The position numbers and the translations under genes are program-made. DNA of 64,000 bases, taken from contig CAWJAX010000002.1 of NCBI GenBank assembly GCA_963841015.1, positions 160,001 to 224,000 of the forward strand, read 5' to 3'. The notes beneath the pieces are model-generated. The model searched no databases and had not been told where the DNA came from. It saw only the letters and a list, made by a program, of their open reading frames with translations. Shown piece by piece: positions 42,215-52,351 of this stretch (the stretch's first letter is position 1; the number at the start of each line of letters is the position of its first letter). Origin of the DNA: an uncultured Methanoregulaceae archaeon (GTDB lineage: Archaea > Halobacteriota > Methanomicrobia > Methanomicrobiales > Methanospirillaceae).

Positions 42215-43027
42215 ATGGACAACCTGAAATTTTTCCTTGGTATCGGGCTTGCTATCGTACTGGTTTTCTTCGGAGCGTCGGTATATACCCGGTTTGCCGG
42301 GGATACCACTGGTCCGGTAGACCGGGAGACGCTCTACCAGGTCTCCACCATCGATGCCCTGATGCAGGGTGTGTTTGACGGGATCCAGCCGATCGGAGAG
42401 CTGAAAACCCACGGTGATTTCGGGATAGGTACCTTCGATGCCCTGGATGGTGAGATGATTGTGCTGGACGGGGTAGTCTACCAGGCAAAGGCGGATGGCC
42501 ATATCTCCCGGGCCAGTGACAGCCTCACCACCCCTTTTGCTACCGTAACATACTTTGATCGCGACCGTACGGCCATGACCGAAAAGCCGATGAACTTTTC
42601 CGTCTTCTCGGCATCGATGGCCGGGGGACTGCCCTCACAGAACATGGTCTATGCCGTGCGGATGCAGGGATATTTTCCCCTGATGAAAGTGCGGTCAATT
42701 CCGGCGCAGCAGATACCCTACCCCACGCTGACTGAAGCGGCACAGAACCAGTCAGTCTATACCTATACAAATACCACAGGTTCTGTTGCAGGGTTCTACA
42801 CTCCCGTTTTTTTTGAAGGGCTCAATGTTGTAGGATTCCATCTCCATTTTATCAGCGATGATCAGCAGACCGGTGGCCATATTCTCGATTTCACCGTGCC
42901 GAAAAACACGACAGTCGAATATGACATAACACCGGAATTTCATATGATACTGCCGACAAGCGGTGCATTTACCGGAGCCGATCTTTCGCAGGATTTAACC
43001 GCGGATCTGGCAAAGGTAGAGAAGTAA
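42215..43027 (+). CDS. budA: Alpha-acetolactate decarboxylase with N-terminal signal/TM segment
   Basis: LYQVSTIDALMQG, HGDFGIGTF..LDGEMI, GFHLHFI...GGH. Confidence 0.9.
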   Translation: MDNLKFFLGIGLAIVLVFFGASVYTRFAGDTTGPVDRETLYQVSTIDALMQGVFDGIQPIGELKTHGDFGIGTFDALDGEMIVLDGVVYQAKADGHISRASDSLTTPFATVTYFDRDRTAMTEKPMNFSVFSASMAGGLPSQNMVYAVRMQGYFPLMKVRSIPAQQIPYPTLTEAAQNQSVYTYTNTTGSVAGFYTPVFFEGLNVVGFHLHFISDDQQTGGHILDFTVPKNTTVEYDITPEFHMILPTSGAFTGADLSQDLTADLAKVEK

Positions 43028-43205
43028 TTTTTCTTTTTTAAAAAAGGAGGATTTTAAAAAATCAATCCAAGGGGGGAAAAGAGTAATTCTGTCCGTTTTT
43101 TCTGCCCTATATTCTCTCCATGTTCGATATATGCTGGTATTATTCCTGCACAATTTCTCTAAATAACAGGAATTTTATTAAAATATGGAATTAAAAGGAG
43201 ATAGT

Positions 43206-43868
43206 ATGACATCATCAGGAAGTCATGGAACATTCAAATCAGGAATTATCGGGCTTGGTATCATGCTGGTGCTGGTACTGCTTGTCAGTGGCTGCACCCA
43301 GCAGGCAGCAACCCCTGCAGGTACGACAACTCCAACGGTCACCCAGGCGTCAGCGGGTATGGCGAACCCGGCATCGGTTGCCTGTGGCCAGTCCGGTGGT
43401 ACAGTCGATATTAAAAAAGATGCATCCGGTAATGAGTACGGCATGTGCACATTCAAAAACGGAACTTCCTGTGAGGAGTGGGCACTTTACCGGGGCGAGG
43501 GATGCAAACCCGGTGTAACAGCATCACCAACGGTTGAGGCAAAGAACATGGTCACGTTCACGGAAGCAGATAACGGAAAAACTGAGAGTGTTACCCGGAA
43601 CACCCAGTTCTCCGTGGTGCTTGCAGAAAATCCCTCCACCGGGTTCATGTGGAATGCAACCCTCTCACCGGGTCTTGAACTCCTGTCAGACTACCATAAG
43701 GATGACCCGTCTGCCGGCAGGCCGGGTGCCGGTGGAAACCATACCTGGATCATGGTCGCAAAGGTGACCGGAGACCAGAAATTCTCTGCTATCTACAAGC
43801 GTTCCTGGGAGCCGGTGACCGGTAACGAGACTGCATATAGCGTGAACATCAGGGTTGTTAATCCCTGA
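43206..43868 (+). CDS. Lipoprotein with DUF333 domain and chagasin-like (I42) protease-inhibitor domain
   Basis: SGC lipobox-like site; MANPASVAC..GG...GMC.F.NG..CEEWALYRG; ENPSTGFMW...GAGG...YKRSWE. Confidence 0.85.
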   Translation: MTSSGSHGTFKSGIIGLGIMLVLVLLVSGCTQQAATPAGTTTPTVTQASAGMANPASVACGQSGGTVDIKKDASGNEYGMCTFKNGTSCEEWALYRGEGCKPGVTASPTVEAKNMVTFTEADNGKTESVTRNTQFSVVLAENPSTGFMWNATLSPGLELLSDYHKDDPSAGRPGAGGNHTWIMVAKVTGDQKFSAIYKRSWEPVTGNETAYSVNIRVVNP

Positions 43869-44027
43869 TATAATTTTATTCCTGGCAACCTGATTTTCAA
43901 TAGGAAGGAAAACCAGGAAATGGAGAATCCTCCGCGTCTTTTGTGGACTTTTGAGTGAATACAATACCGCATTATTTTAAAACCCACTCCGAATTTCATA
44001 AATCACCCAACCACCAACACTATTCTC

Positions 44028-44363
44028 ATGAAGTATACGGCACGGCATATCCAGCGTTTCTTGGAAACAGGAAGGATTGACGCTACCCTCTGGAAGAACC
44101 ACTTCCCCTCGCTACTGCCCACCCAGGTGCCGGCCTGCGATGACTGCACGGAGCTGAAAGACCGGACCTGTGCAGGTGGCCGGGACCCGGTTGAGTGTTT
44201 CCTTGCCAAAGCACCTGCAGCAGAGCCGGGCAGGGGAGCACCGGCAGAAGAAGCGGGATCCCATGCTCGGCCTTGGTGCACAAGGGCTGAAGGTTCACGG
44301 AACGGCAAAGCCCAAGGATCAATCGAAAATGTGAGGGATGGCCTGGATTTTTGTCTCCCATAA
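44028..44363 (+). CDS. Cys-containing hypothetical protein
   Basis: CDDC...C.GGRDPVECF. Confidence 0.55.
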   Translation: MKYTARHIQRFLETGRIDATLWKNHFPSLLPTQVPACDDCTELKDRTCAGGRDPVECFLAKAPAAEPGRGAPAEEAGSHARPWCTRAEGSRNGKAQGSIENVRDGLDFCLP

Positions 44364-44478
44364 TACTGAGGTGTGCTGGCGGGCAGTCGTTTGCTGATCT
44401 GTCCGAAGAAATCCGGATAAGCCGGTAGTTTCTCTTTGTCTGGCAGGTTTCAACAAATCGGAAAAAGAGATTACCTGG

Positions 44479-44727
44479 TTATCGGTTTACGCAGAGGCGA
44501 TCGATGACAAGCCCATGTTTGATAAATACCTCACACCCCAGACAATAACATTTTACTGCCTTTATTTGTGAGGGAATCCTTGACCTTCCCCGGGCGCAGA
44601 AGAGTGCTTCGGGAGGATAGTCTGCAAGCTTGTTCTCCTTACATGTCGGACACATTTTACAAATGCACTTCTCCAGGTTTTCTTCAGTATCATCCACTCT
44701 CCGGGTATCATCCCTGGGTGTTTTCAT
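44479..44727 (-). CDS. DUF2769-like Cys-rich small protein
   Basis: CICKMCPT...LFCARG...CYCLGC...C. Confidence 0.75.
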   Translation of the reverse strand: MKTPRDDTRRVDDTEENLEKCICKMCPTCKENKLADYPPEALFCARGRSRIPSQIKAVKCYCLGCEVFIKHGLVIDRLCVNR

Positions 44728-44843
44728 GGTTATTTCACAACAAAGGAATATTGCAAATAGAGATTAATATCCTTCCCCGAAAGAAGAATAGTGTGAAAAC
44801 AATTGGTGTGAAGAAATAAGCATGCCAGGATCTATGGTGAGGT

Positions 44844-45470
44844 ATGGATTTCTTTGACTCCGCATACCAGGGCACACCTCCTTGGGATATCGGCCGGCCC
44901 CAGAAGGAGTTCGTCGAACTGGTCCGGAGAGGAGAGATAACAGGATCTGTCCTGGACATCGGATGCGGGACAGGTGAGCATGCCCTCTTTTTTGCGGGGG
45001 AAGGCCTTGAAGTGTGGGGGATCGATTCTGCCCCTGCGGCGATCCAGAAGGCACAGGAGAAGGCATCACAAAGAGGTCTCCCGGTGCATTTTTGTGTCCT
45101 GGACGTCCGGGACCTTTCCCGGCTCAACAGGACGTTCGATACTGCCACCGACTCAGGGCTCTTCCATACGCTGTCCGATGAAGGCCGCCCGGTGTTCGTG
45201 GATAACCTTGCAGCCATCCTGTCCCCGGCCGGGAACTACTTCATGCTCTGCTTTTCCGACCTGGAGCCCGCCGGATATGGTCCGAGGAGGATAACAAAAA
45301 GAGAGATACAGGACAACTTCCGGGATGGGTGGACCATCAATTACATCAGGCCGACAATCTTCGAGAGCCGCACCCGGGCAGAAGGACCCCGTGCCTGGCT
45401 TTCATCGATAGCAAAGAAAACTGAACAGGTATCAGGACCTCCGGCATGGATGGATGCAACGGCGGATTGA
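44844..45470 (+). CDS. Class I SAM-dependent methyltransferase
   Basis: PPWDIGRPQ, VLDIGCGTGE, DSGLFH. Confidence 0.9.
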   Translation: MDFFDSAYQGTPPWDIGRPQKEFVELVRRGEITGSVLDIGCGTGEHALFFAGEGLEVWGIDSAPAAIQKAQEKASQRGLPVHFCVLDVRDLSRLNRTFDTATDSGLFHTLSDEGRPVFVDNLAAILSPAGNYFMLCFSDLEPAGYGPRRITKREIQDNFRDGWTINYIRPTIFESRTRAEGPRAWLSSIAKKTEQVSGPPAWMDATAD

Positions 45471-45656
45471 TTCGAATCCCTCCGGCAGGACGAAAAAGCA
45501 CTGACGGTTCTCTTCTCTGATCTCTGATTTCCGGTAACAGGGCAGGAAGAATCCTGGTATGTACCATACCAAAAAAAAAAATCCCGGGTCATTCATTCTG
45601 TATCGGAGTGAGGGAAAGAGAGATGAAGGGTTCGGTCAAATACTCCGAAAGTGAAC

Positions 45657-46364
45657 ATGAGAACACCGGACCTGTCTTGGCTGTCACGGGGGATACAGGA
45701 CATTTCGCGGCGTAACACGTACATCCGCCTTCTCGTCCCGCCCCTTCTCGCGGTGGTTTTTTTTATACTGTGTTTTCTCATCCTTTCCAGGAACAGGATC
45801 CTGATCCTCGGCGGCCTGATGGTCGCGTATTTTATCCCCCCGTCTGGTAAGGAATCAATAATCCCGATCGGGATCGGACTCGGGATCCCGTGGTGGCTGA
45901 TGGCACTGACTCTGACCCTGCTCGATGTCATCACCGCCCTTTTTATGATTATGAACTTCAGCCTGATGCTCCGGGTTCCGCGACTCGGTCCCTGGATTGA
46001 AAAGACAACTGCCTCGAGCAGGGAGTTTATGGCAGAACACCCCTGGATGAGCCATTGGAGGATCCTGGGGCTGGCCTTCTTTGTGATGCTGCCTTTCCAG
46101 GGCACCGGGGGGGTGGGGGCGACCGTAGTAGGATTTATGCTGGGCCTTACTCCCGGAGAAATACTATTAGCCGTTGGCATTGGAGCGGCTGTGGAAAGCC
46201 TGACATTTGCCCTCGGATGGGGATTAGTCCGGGAACTGATCCAGGCAAACCTGATACTTGGTATTGCCGTGGCCTTCGTGTTCATCACAGGAACGATACT
46301 TCTTGTATTCCTGATCCGGCGACGGTTTTCCCGAAGCACGGACAACGATAAAAAAGAGCTATAG
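45657..46364 (+). CDS. Small multi-drug export family membrane protein
   Basis: GKESIIPIG, FVMLPFQGTGG. Confidence 0.8.
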   Translation: MRTPDLSWLSRGIQDISRRNTYIRLLVPPLLAVVFFILCFLILSRNRILILGGLMVAYFIPPSGKESIIPIGIGLGIPWWLMALTLTLLDVITALFMIMNFSLMLRVPRLGPWIEKTTASSREFMAEHPWMSHWRILGLAFFVMLPFQGTGGVGATVVGFMLGLTPGEILLAVGIGAAVESLTFALGWGLVRELIQANLILGIAVAFVFITGTILLVFLIRRRFSRSTDNDKKEL

Positions 46365-46711
46365 CGGGAGGGGACCCTTTTGACGGTATCCTGCCCACAT
46401 TTTCTATATAACAGAATGCCGATCTGACTTTCTTTGTATTTTTTTAAAAGACTGAAAAAGACGGTTTCCCAAAATCTCCCTATAATGAGCAACCTATGCA
46501 GATATTGGAGAAATGTTAACAAAATGTGAATTGAGGGTCAATTTTTCCAAAGAAGAGGGAAAAAAGGCAATTGAAGGGAAAATGCCAATCACAGAGCAGG
46601 TTCCACCAGACCGGAACTTTATGACGTGTGCGATACAATTGGTTATCACTACTGATTCTGAACGCTTTTACCAGATTCGGAATCCGTGCACATCTCTGAA
46701 AATCTGGGTCC

Positions 46712-47542
46712 TCAATCCTTATGAGATTCGGATAAGGGAACAAAAGCCGGCGGTTGGATTCCCGACCGCTGGAATTCTGCCCATGCTCTCCGGGTAATTT
46801 CGGATTTAAACTCAAACTCCTGCCGGAGATCGTTGACGTATCCCTTTGCGCGGACACGCTTGTAGTACGGGAAGTCTTCGAGCAGCACCGTAAACGGGTA
46901 TTTTTTCGAGATAATCACGTATTTCGATGTGATGAGAGCCTCTTTGAGGATTTTTAATGCGATATCGGCATCAGATTCCGGGTGGATGAAGAGGTCTGTT
47001 ACAATCATCATGGCGATATCTCCCGCATTACCGCTGGTCACCGGTTGGGTGAAGACAGAGAAGTTCGGCAGGGATACCATTTCATCGGCCGGTGTCTGGA
47101 TCCGTGTCGAACGGATCCCGATGTCCTTTACTTCCCCATACTTATCGCCGATGGTGACCTTGTCTCCAATCTGGAATGGCTTTTCAATGATGATCACGAT
47201 CCCGCCGACAATATCTGATATGAGATCCTTGAGCCCGAATCCTATGGCGGCACCGAACAGGCCGGAAACTACGATTGTCTGCGTCAGTGACAGCTCGATG
47301 GTGGCAGAGATGATGTAATAGAGGGCAACGGCATAGACAAGGAGTTTCAGCAGGGGGATGATCATAGTAATGGAAGTCCGGTACCATCCGATACGCTCCG
47401 AGATACGGACCAGCAGGAAACTGAGCAGATACGTCAGGATGTAGGCAGCCACGATAATGAAACCGATGTACAGGATGAGGTTGGTATCAATGGTCTGGAG
47501 CGGGAGTTCCGAAGTTACGTTGGCGAGCAGGGAATCAGCCAT
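46712..47542 (-). CDS. MscS-family mechanosensitive channel
   Basis: AIGFGLKDLISDIVGG..I..EKPFQIGD.V...G.V.DIGIRST.I....PN. Confidence 0.92.
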   Translation of the reverse strand: MADSLLANVTSELPLQTIDTNLILYIGFIIVAAYILTYLLSFLLVRISERIGWYRTSITMIIPLLKLLVYAVALYYIISATIELSLTQTIVVSGLFGAAIGFGLKDLISDIVGGIVIIIEKPFQIGDKVTIGDKYGEVKDIGIRSTRIQTPADEMVSLPNFSVFTQPVTSGNAGDIAMMIVTDLFIHPESDADIALKILKEALITSKYVIISKKYPFTVLLEDFPYYKRVRAKGYVNDLRQEFEFKSEITRRAWAEFQRSGIQPPAFVPLSESHKD

Positions 47543-48580
47543 TATGTCCACAACCTCCTCGTTTTTGTAAGGTATTCCACCACACAGGCCATCAGAAGCG
47601 GCGGGATGCTGTAATACCCGGCGATATCGGTGACCAGGCCATGCTGGACGAGCCGGTAGAGAACAGGTTCGATATCCATCTCGGAACCGGCAATGGCGGA
47701 AAGGTCTGTGTGGTGAAGAGATTCCATCGAGAGGATGATGGAAAGAATAAAGGACTCATTGATATCAAGGTCAATGGTGCACGACACTTCGCTGACATCG
47801 CTTAACCGGATAGTGTTATCCTTAAGGCTTTTTTCCCAGATCAGGACTGCAACACCCGGGTTCCCGTTGGCGATACGGTTGATTTTTTCAAAGATCATAT
47901 CCTCCAGTGCAACCTGTACCCGCCGCTTTTTTGAAAGCCCAAACCGCATAACGGCAAAATTCAGCTTGATCCAGGGCAGGGAAATGTCCGTTGTGGTAAA
48001 CGGCACCCGCATGGTCCGGTGGATAACGGAGTAAACCATAGACCGGTCGGTAGTCCCTTCATCGATGAAGCGGATCTCCCCTGGTTTATACCGCGACATG
48101 ATGACCTGCTTGAGCACGGGTGTATCCATCGTGTCCAGAACAACAGACTGTCGGGAAATACGCATCGATTTCCATAACCGATGAGAGATACTGCCAGCCA
48201 TAGGTGTTCCAGGTAGTGATGAACAGCTTCTTCGATCCGATGAGTGCGTGCAGGAAGGTGTTGAGAACATCGAATCCCCCGATCCTCATCGTAGCAAAGT
48301 ACTGGCAGTTATCGACAAGGATAATATCAGACGGAATTGTTGAGAAGTTCGGCAGGGTGGACGGTGTAATAACATCGTTAAAAGGCAGGTAATGTACCCG
48401 GTCCCCGTACCTGCGCCTGAGCTCGGCAATAATTGTCGTGCGACCGCTCATCGGCCGGGAAATGATCGCAACATGTGACGGGGCACCGGAACCGAACTGT
48501 TCGATTGCACCGGTTATTTCCTGCAGCTCCCGCCCATACCCGATGATTTCACCCGTTCCTGTGCTTTCTGAATCGGCCAT
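47542..48580 (-). CDS. P-loop (AAA-like) NTPase with C-terminal winged helix, degenerate Walker A; frameshift near 48148
   Basis: IIGYGREL, SRPMSGRTT, IILVDN, GNPGVA; the two ORFs join with a 1-nt shift; TAATG overlap with the MscS gene. Confidence 0.75.
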
Positions 48581-48682
48581 TCTTTTCCCTTTGCTCCTCA
48601 CCAGTAAAATTTACGTCAGGGATATTAAAGAGTGCGTTACATTCTAAAAAAAGATGGCAGTGCCTGTTGGTTATAAAAAGTG

Positions 48683-49648
48683 TTATCCTTCCCGTTTTCC
48701 CAAATCCGCAGGAGGAATGGGGTTTTTCAGGACGCTTGTCACGGTCATTGTTTCGGAAGCAACCGTGATGCCCTCTTCAGATTCAATCGCTGTTAAGATC
48801 AGCTCGCTCAGTCGTGAGTGGAGAATACGCCTGCTACGTGCATCCGTGACATACCGTGCATCCAGGGTGATCCAGTTGTCGGTGAGCGTAATATAGACTG
48901 AAGGTTCGACAACCTTTTTCGGAAGGTAATATCTCTCCCCGATCCGTTCGATCTCGAGCTCTGCCTGAGCGGTCATTGTACCGGTTTCCTGTTTTAATAT
49001 TGAGAGAACGATCTCTTTTGCCCGCCGCCAGTTGCTTTCGTATGTCAGGGGAACGGAGATCTCGTCCCAGACAAACGAATGGTCACGGGTGTAATTATAG
49101 AATGAATGGCTGATCACCAGTCCATTCGGGATGATCAGCAACCTGCCAGACGGCTGGTCTCCACCAATCCAGCCCCGGATCTCCATTAAGGTCGTACTCA
49201 GGATCCCAATATCCATGACATCCCCGGCTTTATCATCGATGGAAATACGGTCGCCAACAAGGTAATAATTGGAGACGATAATCAGGATGCCCCCGACAAA
49301 ATTCCTTAACACGTCCTGAAGTGCAAATGCAATGCCGGCAGCGAGTACACCATAGTATATCAGCAGCGATGAGGTATCGGTCACCCAGATTCGTACACAC
49401 AGGAGGAGGACGATAATGATCGAAAGAACCGACAGGACTTTATTTGCGGTATATCGTGATTTTAAGTCGGTGATCCTTTTAACGATATACATGCTTAACA
49501 GTACCGAAAAGACAAAGTAGGTCACGGTCACAGCGAGCGATGTCAGAAATATGTTGATTATAATGGGATCGCCGATTACCCCGGCTGCTGCACCGGTGAG
49601 TATTGAGAGCACGAGCAGCCCCGTGAAAATCAGTAGTTTACGTTTCAT
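48683..49648 (-). CDS. MscS-family mechanosensitive channel
   Basis: IAFALQDVLRNFVGG, VGDRI, GDVMDIG, IPNG. Confidence 0.92.
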   Translation of the reverse strand: MKRKLLIFTGLLVLSILTGAAAGVIGDPIIINIFLTSLAVTVTYFVFSVLLSMYIVKRITDLKSRYTANKVLSVLSIIIVLLLCVRIWVTDTSSLLIYYGVLAAGIAFALQDVLRNFVGGILIIVSNYYLVGDRISIDDKAGDVMDIGILSTTLMEIRGWIGGDQPSGRLLIIPNGLVISHSFYNYTRDHSFVWDEISVPLTYESNWRRAKEIVLSILKQETGTMTAQAELEIERIGERYYLPKKVVEPSVYITLTDNWITLDARYVTDARSRRILHSRLSELILTAIESEEGITVASETMTVTSVLKNPIPPADLGKREG

Positions 49649-50080
49649 GCTTGGATATCTGTAAATTCTTTCTTTTATTATATAGAGGAATCGTCAGGGA
49701 AGATCAATTTGACGATATATTTTCTTAATTGTGGTTGTGCCGTAGGCATAGTTCCACCGGAAATTACCCCCTACGAAAATTAATATTGTCAGACAAAAAG
49801 CGGCGCTTCGACCGACTTATTTCCCGTGGAGAACCGGTTCTTCCTGGCAGAATAGTAAAAATTCTGATGAGGATTTTTTTCACAATTTAAAAATGGATTA
49901 TATTTAGCAGTAACTCTAAAAGAAATTATTATTCATAATTTGAAGGGTGAATCTAGATTATTAGAGAAACTTTTTGAAAAAAACATGGAAATGTATATTC
50001 GATTCATGATCAAAACAAGAGAATTAACTCTCAAATCTGAATTAATGCGATAATTTCTCCCAAATGTGAGTAAATATCTT

Positions 50081-51302
50081 ATGCGTGACAATAAGGATTA
50101 TTACGAGATCCTGGGCGTCAAACGGGATGTTTCGCCGGATGATTTAAAGAAAGCATTCAGGCAACTGGCACGAAAATATCATCCGGACCTCAACCAGGGG
50201 AGCAAAGAGTCAGAGGAGAAATTCAAGGAAATTAATGAGGCCTACCAGGTGCTCAGCGATCCTCAGAAAAAGCTGAGTACGACAACGTGGGACCTGCTGT
50301 TTACCGGCGGGGGATTTTTCCGGGTACACACCGCCCAGCTACGAGGACCTGTTCAGGGACTTCGGGTTAGGGGATATCTTCGATGCATTCTATGCCGGTC
50401 CCGACAGGACACACAGCACGGCCGGTGCTGATCTCTGGTATGAGACTGAAATCTCCCTTCCTGACGCGTTCCATGGTATAAAAAATACCGTTGAGGTTCC
50501 CCACGTGTATGCATGCGGTACCTGCCATGGTTCCGGCGCACAACCGGGATTTATCCGTACCTGTACCACCTGCGGAGGGAGCGGGGAACGGGTAACTGTA
50601 CGGCGGAACGGGCATCAGGAAGTGGTTACTATCAGCCCATGCCCTGAATGTGGCGGGCGGGGAACAATTATCGAAAAATCCTGTGAGACCTGCAAGGGCA
50701 GCGGGACAATCCGGAGGATCAGAAGAATTGAGGTTTTTATTCCTGCCGGGGTTGAAGATGGCCAGTTCTTACGGATTGCCGGTGAAGGAGAGCCCGGGAG
50801 GGACAATGGCCTCCCGGGTGATTTGTATGCCGTTGTCCACATCAAAAAACATCCCGGCTTTGAGCGACACGGGGCGGACCTGTACAGTACCACGGTTATC
50901 GGGCGTGAAACAGCTCTCACTGGCGGAGAAATTACCATTCCCACGATTACCGGAAGTGCGACACTCAGAATTCCCCGCGAGACGCAGAACCATACCCTGT
51001 TCCGTCTCAAAGAACAGGGAATGCCGTACCTGAATTCCGGGATGATGGGGGATCTTCTCACCGAGGTTATTGTAACGATTTCCGGAGAACCGGCAAAAAA
51101 ACAGGCGGGATGGAAAGGAGAATCCCTCGTTGCACTCCTGGCATTCATTCTTGCATCAGCAGATCTCCTGCTCCGGTTGCAACGGGAGGGGGCAATGACA
51201 CCGGGTAATCTGATCATTTTTATCATCGTATTTCTGGTTTGTTATGCAACAGGGTGGATTTTATTGAAGATATACCGGGGAATTGTCGGTAAGGCAGAAT
51301 AA
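50081..51302 (+). CDS. dnaJ: DnaJ-like chaperone with C-terminal TM tail; frameshifts near 50268 and 50305
   Basis: KDYYEILGV...HPD J-domain, DIF motif, four CxxCxGxG repeats, GDLY C-terminal domain, hydrophobic tail. Confidence 0.8.
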
Positions 51303-51553
51303 TACCCGAAAACCGGTATCTTTAAAACCATTCATTCACCGTTTTAAAATGGGATACTCATCAGACACTAAAAAAACTCCCGGCCTATGTTTTAAATTTT
51401 GTTTCAAAAATTGATTTACAGACAACAGTTTTTATAATCCCCTTCCTTAAAAAAAGACATCTGCAAGGCAGAATACTCCGGGCAAAAAAATCCTGGTATT
51501 CTGTCCTTGTCATTTCAGGTGAATTATGGCTGTGAATGCCGTCAGGATGGCTG

Positions 51554-51988
51554 ATGAATGGTTCAGTCGCCTTCAGAAAACGGACCGGACCGGTCGTCTC
51601 ATCGAAAAAGTACCTGGCTGAAAGGAGTACAGAAGAGCGGATGCGGGCAATAACGGAACTGGGAAGCATCAGAGACCATGGGGCAGCAGGGCTGCTGATT
51701 GATTGTTGCCAGGACCAGGACCCTGAGATCCGGCGAAGTGCAATTGTGGGGTTGCAGAACCTGAGAAGCGGCCGGGCAGTGAGTGTCCTTATTGACCGCC
51801 TCCGGGATAAGGACGAACTGCCCGAAACACGGCAGCATGCCGCATCAGCTCTGGCAGCCATCAGAAGTTACCGTGCGATACAGGAACTGAGAAGCCGGTA
51901 CGCGGATACGGATGAAGACCGTACCCTCAGGTTCTTCATCGGCAGGGAACTGGACCGGGTTCAGATTCTGGTGAGCGCTTCCTGGTGA
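51554..51988 (+). CDS. HEAT/PBS-lyase repeat protein
   Basis: RMRAITELG, D.DPEIRRSAIVGL, RQHAASALA. Confidence 0.8.
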   Translation: MNGSVAFRKRTGPVVSSKKYLAERSTEERMRAITELGSIRDHGAAGLLIDCCQDQDPEIRRSAIVGLQNLRSGRAVSVLIDRLRDKDELPETRQHAASALAAIRSYRAIQELRSRYADTDEDRTLRFFIGRELDRVQILVSASW

Positions 51989-52351
51989 CCTGTATCTTTT
52001 TTAAAACCCCTGTCATACGTTTCGTCCCCGGGACTTTTTGAGGGGACTACAGCCACCCGGTGATGGAATGGATCCCTCTCGTGTAAAAGATACCTCCCTC
52101 CCCGGTTCCCTGTTCCACGTGCCCAATGCCGGTCAAATCCGGCTTTCACCAGCCGGAAAGGTCTGTCAGGGGAGTTTTCCGGCTTAAAAACAAACCTTTT
52201 CCGCTCAAAAATCCCGGGTATCTGAAATCCTCCAGAAAAGTGAGTGATCATTCCCGATTTTACCAATTCCCTTTCACCCGCATGGATAGGGAAGCATTCG
52301 TATTTAAGAGCAATAATGACGATATTTATTGAGCAAACGAACGGTTCTTCC

